NCBI GenBank assembly: GCA_905178155.1
Contig: CAJINV010000008.1
Span: 3,993,420 to 4,057,419, forward strand
Direction of reading: 5' to 3'
Length of the DNA: 64,000 nt
Source of the DNA: Amoebophrya sp. A120
Lineage: Eukaryota > Protista > Dinoflagellata
The first letter of the stretch is position 1. Each line of letters begins with the position of its first letter. Both the position numbers and the translations under genes were made by a program. The notes under the pieces were generated by a model. That model ran no database searches, was not told the origin of the DNA, and worked only from the letters and a program-made list of their open reading frames with translations. Below are positions 38,101 to 49,900 of this stretch, in pieces.

Positions 38101-41100
38101 GTGCCACGAGAATGAAACTAGCGACCTACGAGAATGAGGAAGCAAATGGGGCTCCACCCGCTTACAACTTTTCCCGGTCCGGACGGGGTAGACGCTGCGC
38201 TTTTCATAGGGCTTGTGCCCGTTTTTTCGCGCAACGCTCCTTGTTTTGCGCGCGGTTTTTCTATTTCTTTACAAAATTGGAAAACCGGCCGGATGCGGAT
38301 GCAGCTTTTCTCCCCGCAGGAGAAAAGCCGCATCACAAATTCGCAAACTTTGCTTCCTCCGGTTGGAGAAAGACCTTCTCCGCATTACAAATCTCCTCCG
38401 GTTGGAGAAAGACCTTCTCCGCGTATCTATACAAATTTCCTCCGGTTGGAGAAAGACCTTCTCCGCATTACAAATTTTGAAAGGTGCCCATTGCCATTGC
38501 GTTTGTAATGCGGAGAGCCCGACCTTTCAAAGGTCGGGCTCTCCGCATTACAAATTTTGAAAGGTGCCCATTGCCAACTGAAAAGGTACCTTTTTTCCGA
38601 AAATCCCCCTTGGTAACTGAAAAGTGTTTCAGTTACCAAGGGGGATTTTCATCACTCGGTGAGTGGCGAAAGCGCTTTCGCCACTCACGGTCGGGCTCTC
38701 CGCATTACAAATGCAATGGGAAAATGCGGAGCCCGGAGCCTCGGGTTCTCCGCGAATCTTCAGGGGAAGATTCGCATTCGCAACCCGGGCTCTTCTCCGC
38801 ATTACAAACCCCACAAGCGGCTGCCGCAGCCGCTGCACACCGTCGTGCGTAACCTTTTGCGCGATGCTATCCCCAAGCAGCAATATTCGTACTCCCGATA
38901 GCATCGGGCGTGAGGTTATGCTGCATGGTATCGCTGCGTGCGAATTTCCCTCGCAGCCATAGCATTAGGTTACGCACGACCTGTGGGTTGTCTCTTTTCT
39001 GCCCCCCCCCTTGGCCGTTGTGCAGCTTCTTTTTACCTTTTTACCCTCAAACACGACCGGATTCCGGGAAAAGTTGTGGTTTTGGGTGGAGCCCCAACTT
39101 TTCGCAATTTCCGCCCCAGCAACCGGGGCAACCTCAATGAACCCATCGGGATGCACCGCCCGGAACGAAATGGGCCCGATGACGCCGCGAGCCTGGCTGC
39201 GATGACGCAGACAGGCCGCGAGCCTGGCTGCGGTGTCGGTGGCTCCACTACATCATCAACATCCATAGCGAAGCTACTTCCGTGTAGTTCTCCTGCTCCC
39301 GGCGAACAACGAGAACAACAAACTCGCCCGACACGACAGCTCGTTCACCTTCCAGGAGGTGGACCCAAAGAGAAGGACAAAGCTCAAGATGGTCGTCCTC
39401 GTCCTGTGACCCCCCGCCATGGGGACGACAGCAGCACGACAGCACCCGATGGAGTGAACCAAAACCGGCTTGAAGATGTGCACCAAAACAAGAATCTGGA
39501 GTTTCTGTACATTTTGGAGAGCCTGCTGTCCCGCATGGGCTATTTGGAATCTCTGATCAAGCAGGTGGAATCGCTGAAACAGTCGCTGGCACCGCAAGAA
39601 AGCAAATTCCTGCACTTGAGCCAGGAACTGGAGCACCGGATTAAGGACTACGAGAAAAAAATCGGAGGCCTCTACTTTCTAGGAACAAATTGGCCTAGCA
39701 AAGAAAAAGGCTCCTAAACGCCGACCAAATGAAAACAAAACGGCAACTAACGGGGCAGAAAAGCACGAAAGGGCGGCCCAAGAGCGCCCCGGCCTTTTCA
39801 GGTTGTGCCCCTTCTACCCTGACGCGCGCGCCCTCGTTCCGTGTGCCAATTGGCGGCCTTCGGTGGCACCAGCGGGAGCAGCGCGAATTTCTATGCGCGG
39901 CTGTGCGCGCATGCCTTCTGGGCTGTCCGGCCACCGGCGTGCTGCTTAGCGACTATCGCGAGGACTATTTTGCGACAAGCACCCTCAAAGCAGACGCGCC
40001 GCTTTTTGACAGACGCGCAGGCTCCGTAGCGGTGCCGAGGGGAAGTCGTGCGAATGTCGGACCAAGCATTGCGGCCCTCTGTGTGGGGTAAAGCTAGTAG
40101 AGGGCCAAACGAGGACTCCTCCGCCCTTGTCTGCCCCAAGGTCGCGAGATGTTGAGTCAGGTCGGAAGAGGGGCGGGGGAATGAACCGACCTGAAGGCCA
40201 CAGAAAATGCGAAGGGAAGGGCGAAAAAAGAACAGCAACAGGCGCCACGGGAAGGCCTCGACGGCCCGTCGGGAAGCCGCCGGCCCGTCCTCAGACACGG
40301 TGGGATTCTCGATTTTTTCCGGTTGGGAGGGGCCCCCAACCGGAGAAAATGGAGCGCCCCACCGTGTCTGAGGACAAACCGGCGGCTTCCTGGCGGGCCG
40401 CGAGGCCTTCCCGGCCGGTGCGCCTGCACGTAGCTGTATGGCCTGCCACATAGCGGCCCCTTCCCCTTGTCCCTTTCCTTGAGCCTTTCCTTCGGATTTT
40501 GGTAGATTTTCGGCAAATTTTTGGGAGCTTTCAAAAACGCAGAGTGATACGCACTCCGCCTTTTTTTTGACACGCAAAGTGACACGCAGAGTGACACGCA
40601 CACTGATACGCACTCGTCAAACACGACCTGTTTCTCGTTTTTGACGAGTGTGTACTGTCAAACCGCTCTGTAAATTGACACGCAGTGAGTGCGTGTCAGT
40701 GCGTGTCACTTTTACAGACCGGAGAGAGGTTTTGGAAAGTTTTGGAAATATCCTTCACCGACGGTATTGTGTGACACGCACTCACTGCGTGTCAAGTGCG
40801 TGTCACTCTTCACGCCTGTATTCTCGCCACCAGCGATTCGGTCGTGCGTGTCACTGCGTGTCACCAGAATATAGGTGCAAAAAGTGACACGCACTGACAC
40901 GCACTAGATGCGTGTCACTACCATACCGTGCAGGAGAGAGACAACGCCTGTCGTCTTTTGGTCTTCCCCGATGGTATACGGTGACACGCACTGAGTGCGT
41001 GTCACTTTTTGCACCTATATTCTGGTGACACGCAGTGACACGCATTGCGGTACGCAAGTGACACGCAGTGTGACACGCACTGCGTGTCACTTGCGTATCA

Positions 41101-44100
41101 CTTTGCGTGTCAACTGCGTGTCACTTTTTGGACTCAACTGCGTGTCAACTGCGTGTCACTTTTTGGACGTTTTGCTTGTCTGAGCGTGTTCATTTTTTTG
41201 CGCCTTTTCTTCCCGAATTCGACTGCCTTTTTTTGCGCCACATTCTGCTTTTTTGAACAACAGAAAATACGGCTTTTTTCTGTACTTTGGCAGCTCCAAG
41301 TTGAAGAAAAAGGCCGCGCTGTATGTTTTGCTGCAGAAAGTACTCAAGACCGGCGCCCCCGCCCTGCTGGCGGGGGTCGGTTGGCCGGCATGGGAGAGAG
41401 CACGAAGCGCCCGGAAAAGGGAAAAGAGGCCTTTTCCTGAAACTTGGCGGCCCGAAGTTGCAGAAAAAGGCCTCCAAATGATTGCCGCGAGCAAGTGCGC
41501 GCGCTTGGTCTGGCTTGGCTTCTTTGGCTCGGGCGATGCTTCCTCGCTATTGTTGGGCGCGCAGCTGGGCGCGCGGTTGGGTGCAAGCCGGCTTCTTGGC
41601 TGCGATAGCTGCGAAGAAACGAAAAGACGAGCTTTTTCTGCAACTTGGCGGCCCCAACTTGTCGAAAAAGCCTGTCAGCCGAGACCTGTTGAACAAGACC
41701 GCTGCGCCTTTTGCTGCTGCCTGGCCGGAGGGGCCCGGTGACCTTCCGCCCTAGGCCCTCGCATTTGTGCCTGGCCGCTAACTGAGGCCTTTTCTGGCAA
41801 CTTGCAGCTGGGAACTTGTCCAATTTGCGCGTCTTCTTTTTGTGTTTCTTGTGTTGGGCTCTGGGGCCAAAAGAAACACTTCGACAGCGCCACTCCCTAT
41901 CGCCGCCTGGCGTCCCATGGCCATGGTAGTGGACATTTTGAGCGCGTTTCAGAAGCCACCCAGTTGCTAGGCCGATTTCACTCCGATACTTTGCCGGACA
42001 GCAGCAAGTGGTGGCGTCCTCCTCGGCCTTGCTTAGAAGCAGCTCAACAGGTGGGACCGCTGTCGGTGGTGAACAAGACAAAACAGGCAATCTGAAGAAC
42101 AAAATGAATGCTAGCGGGAGTGGGGAACAAAGCTACAGCTCCGCCAGCGCTGGCGCTGGAGGAGGGGCTCATGCTACTAGAAGTGCTACCGGCGCAGGAG
42201 CCGCTGGTGCTGATTCACATGCAGCTAGTGCCACAACTCCATCACTAGAACAACTACAGAAGGCTTTTGATCTACAGCAAGTCAATCCTGGCGCGACACA
42301 ATTGCTGGACACAATCGTGTGCAACAGCAAATTGCTCGACACATCCGCCTCGCTAGACTTCGCCGCGAGCTCTCGATTTGAAGAAATGCTCGTGCACCAG
42401 CAGGCCAACCTGAATTGTGATGTCCAGGAGCACAGCAAGTGTGGAACTACCAGCAGAAGTAGGAGTTGCCACTTTAAAGATCTCGAAACGCCCTTCCTGT
42501 CCTGCGTGCCGTATCACCTAAATTTGAGCTACCACCAGGACTGCGCCGTTCCGAATTGGATTGAAGCCGAATTTCAGCGAAAGTTCCAGCACCTTGAGAC
42601 TACAGCTGCTGGAGGATACTGTAACTTCGGCGAAACCGATGAACAACGTCATGACCCGGTAGCTGTACCGGCAGCAGGTACTGTACTAGGTGCTGCCTCC
42701 TCTTGGTCGACGACGTCTCTTCAGCAAAACCAAAACTGTGGACGAGCATTGTTTCCACTGCGAGGACAGCAGGACCCCGCAGCCAAGCCCTCGGCCGAGC
42801 TTCGGAGTCGATTTTTCCTGGATCGCCATGCGGTGCCTATGGATATCGAAGATCCACTTCAAGCTCGTTCTACTTGCTCTGAACAAAGAACAACGCAGCC
42901 GCCTAAAAGCCACGAGATGATGATGATGAATAAAGCGGTGGATGAACACGATCACGAAGTAGAAGTGCTACAAGGTTCTTCCGGATCACCAACCAAGAGA
43001 CGGATGCAAAATCGGGAGAAGGCGCAGAAGCTGCAACCGGAGCAGGCACACGAAGAAGAACTACCATCGGGCCGAACAAGCATAAGTGCCGACGGCGTGA
43101 TAGTGGAATCAAGAAATGGTAAAAATGCAGCTCCACAAGGCGACGACGATAGTACAAGACAAGACTGTTCTGGCGCGGCGCCAAGCTCGTCTCGGGTGGA
43201 CGACCCGGATGCAGGTGCGGCGGGGACGACACATCATCAGCCGCAGCTGATTTCAGAGTCGCTCCCCGCTTCTTCGCTGCCGGCCTCGGCGACGAGAAAG
43301 AACAACTCGCTTTTGAAACCGCAGTACCAATCCATAATGGACCACCTGGCGCTCTCTTTGAATTGCACCTACCGTGACCAGAGCTTCGAAAAAGCGCACC
43401 AAGTGCGCGACGTTCACAAAATTTTGAAGCAGTGGAGCGGCGACGCGCAAGCGAGATTTCTCTTCCGCGAGGTCGCGCGCTTTGGCGGCATTTTGGAAGA
43501 AGCTGGCGTGTTGTCCTGCGCGGGGGAGGAGTTTGTGCGCGAGGTGGAGCAACGGAGCGGGGGTTGTGCCAGAACTGGTTTTCATGAAGATCATGCTTCT
43601 GATGGAACTCGTACTGGTGAACCTTTCGCTACAGTTGGTAATAATAGTCGTGCTCGCGAAGGTGGCGTAGGCGTACCAACTCGCGACTCGACTTCGGCCA
43701 CCAGTGTAGAAGTAGGTCGTCCAGCTCAACAACAACACGGCGGGCCCACTCCACCTGCTGTGATGTCCTCGTGCCCTGCTCTGGGCAACAGCTACAGCAG
43801 CAACCGGAATCAACCTGGTGCGGCCTCCTTGTTCCACAGTTTGAACTTAAACCGAACGGCCTTCAGCCGCAGAAACATCGGCTGGTCAAAATTCTTGGCG
43901 CACAGGAAAAAAGCTGCAAAAAGTAACGACGAGAACAATAAACAGGGAAATAATGATGAACTTAATTGTGGTGCAAAAATTGAATCAGATAGCGCAGAAA
44001 ATAAAGCTGCGCCAGAGTTTCAGTTCACGGATGACGAGGACCACGATGGGCACGACGATTCTTCGAGTTCGGCTGCGCAGCAAGAAGACCACTACCCGAC

Positions 44101-46147
44101 GATGCCCCGGCGTCCGCCCTTCATTGTGAAAGTGAACACGAATACACTCTCGGCAAAATCGGCGGAATCCGTGCGGATGCAGGCGTATTTCGACGAGTAT
44201 GAGGCGGAGTTTGAGAAATACTGTGCCGAGGTCGTGGAAATCGGACGGACGGTGTACGGCCACAAACCGGAGCCGAGCTTCGTCCTCACAAAGTTCTTTC
44301 CCGAAGCAAAAAAGCCAACAGGGGAAAGATCAACGGCGGAAACACGAGGGGGTGATAAACGAGGTGAAGAACAGGGCGGTAAATCACCGGGCGGCCCACC
44401 AGGGGGTGGAGCGGCAGGTGCAGAGCCACGTAATCATGAAGATAAGACCAAATCCAATCCTGACGGACGAGGTCGCACAGCACAACAACAATCTCCAAGC
44501 TCGCGAGCAAGAGCTGGCACAGCAGTCGGCGTCAAAAAAAATCCTGTAAGTGACGGACGACCAGGACCACTCGGTGCGGGCGCAGGACGAGATACAACAA
44601 CGGGTACTAGTACTGCTTCTGTCCTCCATCTACAACGCGGGTCTTCAACCACAAGCAGAGGAGCTCCTGTGCCCCCTGCTCTCGAGTCCTCGCGCACTCC
44701 AGCAAATACGGACTGCACGGCCCGTGAGGATGACAGCAAAAAGAAAAATCAAAATGTCTCCTCGTCCACTGTTCATCCCGCCGGTGCTGGCGCACCAACA
44801 GCTGCTCAAAGCCTGGACGAGATTACGGCCGACGACTGTGACTTGCTGTATGACGATTTGTTAACTGATCAGGACAAGAAACAAGCCACCGCGGCCCGGG
44901 CGGCCAAAGTGAACGCGGCCGCCGCTGCAGCGTCGTCGAAGTCGAAGACGAAAAAAATCGTAGTGCCGGGATCGAAAGCCGCACGGGCGCAGCCGCCAAA
45001 CGAGGAAGGGGCGGTAAATTATAGTAGAACAACGGGCGGCGGTTCTGGCATTGGTGGTGGTGAAGGAACGACGACATCAATCTGGGACCAGCAAGCCGCG
45101 CCAGCAGCTTCCCAAGAAATAAATAAACCCCTCTTCGAAGGGTTGTTGAGCGGACATCAGTCAACGACGACGTGCTTCGGATCTACTTCTTCGACTTCTC
45201 TGCAGCCAAGCTCTTCCTTGGTCATTTCGGCATCCACTTCAACTTGGTCCTCCTCTCCCACAAGTAGAGCCGCGGCTCTTCGAAAGGAAAACCGAATCAT
45301 GCCACCGCCTCCGCCCGCGTTCGCCCGCGGGGGAGGAGGTGGACGGTTTTATCAAGAATCGGCCAGAAGAACTTCCAGATCACGAGCTTTCGCACCCCCG
45401 CCCTTACCCGGAACTACGACTATGGGAGGATCATCTTCATCAACACGCGATAGGAGTGGTAGCAATTATGCCTTTGGACGAACGGCGAGTAGGACGACAC
45501 CCACAGCGGTGGCCTCGACGCTCCCCGCGGATCGGGCCCGGGGAGGAGGAACAAATATAGCACAACATCCATGGGATAACCTCAAAGATCATTCGACGTC
45601 GAGCCGGACTGGAGGTGCTCTTCGTCTTCCCCATCCCACCGCACCGTCTGGTTCAAGCAGCAGTGGCTGGGCCAATCTCGGGCGCAGCACGTCTACCACG
45701 GCTGCAGCGGCATCTTCAACAACATCAAGAAGTGTAGTTGCGCAGCCAGGGTCGAGCTCGAGGACAACATTTCTACCCATGCCTGCAGACCTGGAGATCC
45801 TCGCGGGGGCAGCACCGCCGGTACTTCATAGAGATCATGCTGCAGATCATCAAGCAGTGAATGTTGCCCCTCTATCATCTGGTGTAGTGGGGCGAGGACG
45901 TCCAGAGGTCAGTGCTGTGGCAGTTGTTCCAGCTGCACAGCCAGCTAGTACTGGAGGTGGAACAAGTGGAATGATAACGAGGAACAATCCGACAACTAAG
46001 GGAAAGGGCAAGAAACAGGGCAAGAACGCCACTGCAGCGACCTCCGCGAGGACGGGAAGGATCGGACTCGACGAATGGTTCAATAATGGCGAGAAAACCG
46101 AGTCCGAACCAGACACAGAGTGCTCCGAACTTCCGGATCCGGAGTGA
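29141..46147 (+). CDS. Giant low-complexity/coiled-coil protein (~4,317 aa if all exons join)
   Basis: Exons 29141-33763, 33894-35477, 35592-37221, 37384-37438, 37709-38056, 39120-39678 and 41993-46147 total 12,954 nt in one open frame. No recognised domain. Confidence 0.6.
35478..35586. mobile_element. Short introner family H (in frame, stop-free)
   Basis: ggttc|tatgcaggaaaagacacc...ggggttttttctgtggata|ggttc; 114 nt including one repeat copy; carries ttgtaatgc and ttgtcatgc. Confidence 0.8.
37222..37378. mobile_element. Introner family B
   Basis: caacc|tatgcattgcaaaagtatcg...cgatacttttgcacaggata|caacc. Confidence 0.92.
37439..37703. mobile_element. Introner family A
   Basis: aagtc|tatggattgtgattatgtctgggtctgg...ccagacccagacatgtttgcaatccata|aagtc. 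Confidence 0.92.
38147..39096. mobile_element. MITE-like element nested in GT-AG intron 38057-39119
   Basis: TIR tggggctccaccc...acaacttttcccgg vs ccgggaaaagttgt...gggtggagcccca; interior tandem repeats and palindromes. Confidence 0.75.
38355..38810. repeat. Tandem tccggttggagaaagaccttctccgc x3, repeated ctccgcattacaaa, and three palindromes
   Basis: Palindromes at 38502-38554 (26-bp arms), 38599-38650 (24-bp arms) and 38659-38688 (perfect 30-mer). Confidence 0.9.
39679..41992. mobile_element. 2.3-kb introner-like non-canonical intron
   Basis: tacttt repeat at 39673-78 and 41987-92; IR aaattggcctagcaa / ttgctaggccgattt; right end ...ccgata; removal gives in-frame GGLYF|AGQQQVVASSS. Confidence 0.7.
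40540..41165. repeat. GTGACACGCA decamer array in both orientations
   Basis: More than 20 exact or degenerate gtgacacgca/tgcgtgtcac units; perfect 51-bp inverted repeat at 40845-40895 / 40994-41044. Confidence 0.9.
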
Positions 46148-46929
46148 GTAGAAAAAGTACAAGTCGACGAACAGACGTCAAGTTCTTCATCTCGTAAAAA
46201 AAAAGTGATGAACATGTCGCACTATCATACTTACAGCAAAAAATCATGTTAACAATACAGAAGACATTTTATTTGGCAGCGAAGGCATTTTTATGCCATT
46301 CAGAAAAACACAGGAGCACGAGAGAACCAACTACAAGGCAACAAGAACCACAAGCACAAGAAAGGAACCCAAATAAGGCGAAGGCGATCAGTAGCCTCAG
46401 CCGCCACCAGCAGCGAGGTGAAGGCACAGACCTCGCAACAAGCGGCTGCTTGCGAGGCACTTCCGGTCGCTCTAGAAACAAGGAATCAGGAGTCGTGTTT
46501 CTTCACGCTATCCTTTCATAGGCCTTGGACCCTGACTTGAACCCACCTTCTCGTTGGTTCTTCCATGCTTGATCTTGACCTTTGCTTAATTGCGAGAGTG
46601 AGACTTGAAGTAACAGTTGTCGGAGTAGTAAGCCCTGGTAACAACTAAGTAAGTGTTGACCTTAGCCGCGTGGTGCACAAACCGAAATGGTAATCCCTAC
46701 GACTAGCTCAAGAAGTTAAAGACAAGTTGTTCAAGTGGCCATGTGCTACAAGATGGTCCGTCATAGAGGTATCATGAACGCCTGGTCTGCCAACTGCAGA
46801 GAGCACTTCGGCGTTGTGAGGGAGCGAACGTGAAAGCAAGATTTAGTAGATGATCATGATTTACAACATATTTGGCTATTCGTATCTATTTCGTGGATAT
46901 TAAAAGACGCAACGCGATTACTTAATACC

Positions 46930-49900
46930 ATGGCAGCTGCGACCTCGGGAATTGATCTCCAATTCGTTGCGGCTGCAGGTGGCTCGGCACCTCCCCCGGG
47001 AGGTCCTCGGGCCGAGGAGTCATCGTCGCTCGAAAAGCAGACGCTGGAGACTTTCTACAACGCTAATCACAATCATGTAGACACCGACACGGAGAAGGCT
47101 TCCACTGATACTATGCAGCCGCGGGGGGTGTCACATGGCGGACGTCGACCCGAGGACGGTGGCGGAGCAGCTGCTCCTGCACTTATACAACCAGAGGGCA
47201 CGACCTCGACGTTCATCCCCGCCACGTCTAGTTCCTCGGTTTTCTTCCAGTTCCGTCCGCGCGCGGGGCGGATCAATTGGCGGTATTTGCAGCACTATCA
47301 AATGCAAAAGTGTCTGGGTCTGGAAAGTTGCAAGGTTTGTCATGCATCTCGTGGACCACACACATGTTCTGTAATGCAGACAGAAGCATCACAGATTTTT
47401 TGAGACCTTACTCATGCCTTTTCCGCATGAGAAAGTCGCCTTTTGCCTAGCGAGAATTGGGTAACTGTTGGAGTTCATGTTCATGCAACACAGATTTTCT
47501 CTTGATCCAGATTTTGCATGACAGGCTTCTTTCTTCCAGACGACCCAGACACATTTGCATTTGATAAGCACCTGGACATCGACACGATCAAGCGGGACGG
47601 GGATGTGGAAACGCTGGAGAAAATCGCGGACAACCTCACGTTATCAAATGTAAAAATGTCTGGGTCTGGAAACTTGTGATGCTGGGTGGCGTATCATGAG
47701 GACGGAGGCCACAAGTGCTGTCTCAGCATGACAAGTTTCTGAGCTTCTAGGTGTTGCCTATTCTGCATGACAAACTGCGTTTCTGCATGACAGAAAAGTG
47801 GCGCTCTTGGGTAACGTGCATGACAGCTTTGACAGTCATGCCAGACAAGCATGACAAAGATACACTCTTCCAGACCCAGACACTTTTACACTTGATACAC
47901 GTTCGCGTGCTTCAACAACGAGGACCTGGAGATCGCGTCGGATGTGGAAGTGAAGCGGTTCGTCCACCTCCTGCAACTGGTCACCGAGTACTACTTCGTA
48001 ACCGGCATGCAGAAAAACGCGGCGAAAGTGTACGAGTTGAGGAAAGCGGATAGTGCGAAAGGTAGAGAGATCTACAAGTTGGAAACGATGAACCGAAAAT
48101 TGCTGAAGGAACTGAAGGACAAGCGAAGACAGGTTTCATTGTACGAAAACTTACTGCAAAACTACCGAACTGGACAAGGTGGTAGCGAAAGCGACGTCGA
48201 CTACAGAATAAAGAATGGTCTTCAACAAACCGGCTTGTTCGAAGTAGATCCAGTCTTGCAAGATTTTGATGTCGACGCGCAAATAAGAGCGACCGGCCGC
48301 GCAAGTGCGAAGGAGGACAGAAGAGGAACAAAATTAGTGGCAGATGGGGACGCACAAGATCATGCGACTGCATCTGCATCGAAAAGAAGAAAACAGAGGC
48401 TGGAAAAAGACCATCCAGATCCAACCAGCAGCAGTGCGGCTACCGACTTGGAGAACGTCACAGCAGCCGGTGTCGTGGAGTCGGTAAAGAAACCGATCTC
48501 TGCGTCCCCGCAGTTTATGCGCGCAGGCGTCTCAGCGGCGACCGCATCGAGTTCTGTTGCAGATGCTGCGACTAGTAGATTATCGCCAGCAAAGGGCAGC
48601 TCCTCGTCAGCTGCTGTTCGAACGGCTGGAGCAGCGTCTGCAAAGACCACCACCGCCGTTTCGCACATCCTGAACATCATCTACCAGTGCCCGTGTTGCA
48701 GCAAAAGGTTCGAGAGTCAGGAGTTCCTCCAGCGGCACCTGGCCCGACGGCATCCCGAAGTCGACATCGGCAGCATTGACTTCGCAAAGTGCCGCATCAA
48801 TCGAACGGTCGGGGGTACTAGCGCAACTTCTTCACCCACAAAGCAGAACAAGTTCACCGAGGAGCAGTTCCGGCGAGATGTGATCGCGGAAACCAAAACC
48901 TTGATCGACGAGAAGCTAGAGGAGCTCGTCGCGCTGGTGTTCGGTGGTAGTGAGGGAGCAACGGCGCTTGAGGATGGTGGAGCTGCTGGTGAAGATGAAC
49001 AAGATCCAACTTCTCCAGGACGAGATGCAGCACGACCTGGAGGTCGTCCCACCGGCGAGTTCGCCGTGGCCGCGGCCCTTGCGCGCAGCCAGAGCAATGG
49101 AGGTAACGCGGAAGACGTTGCGTCCGACCTGTTGCGTGTGCTGCGGGAACGAAAACTCAACCAGCGGCAGAGTCTGGAGGTGGGCGAGAAGGTAGCAGAT
49201 TTGCTCAAGACGGAACGAGCGAAAATCATGCGGGGAACAGGAGGTGCAAGAACTGCTGCTGATCTTCAGGGAGCAGCTTCGACATCATCAAGTCGTGCGG
49301 CCGGAGCTGCTTCATCTACACCCGGAATGAATCAAGAAGAGATCATGCAGGAGCGGTTGCAGAAGCTGGATGAGATGATGGGCATGGCGCTCACGGAGAA
49401 CCGGCGGCTGGCCGACACGGTCCAGCAACTACAGTCTCGCAACGAGATCAACGAGCTGCGACTGGAAGAGATCGCAAAGCAGGACCAAGTAAACACAGCA
49501 GCACGCGGCCCCAGTCGACAATCTTCGCCGCAGCAAGGAGGTCGCGCTGGAGCGGTTCCTGGCGCCGCCGGTACAACTGGAATAACTGCAGCTAGTACCG
49601 ACATGCTTTCCACACTCCACCCGCTGCAACGATCGACCTTACTACCCGAGACGACGGCGCCGGGCACAAACTTCGATCTGGACACCAACGCACCGCACTC
49701 CACTTCGGGCGCACCGACCGTCCTGACGCAGGGGGTTGGTGGCGGTGGAGGTACAACAGCGGGGCACTTGACGAGCAGCTCTACCTCGACTGCGATCACG
49801 CAGGTTCTGTACAGCTCCAACGCGACACTGTTCAACAAAACCAACCAGCAGAACGATCTTCCGCCCAGTGCTGTAGGTCTTCAACGTCATCTCGAGATCT

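Noticed and set aside
38355-38560. CRISPR-like repeats
   Set aside because: Head-to-tail repeats without unique spacers, in a eukaryotic intron, with no cas genes.
39729-42102. ORFs inside the 2.3-kb element as a transposase
   Set aside because: Short, GC/repeat-derived ORFs with no recognisable DDE, HUH or tyrosine-recombinase motifs.
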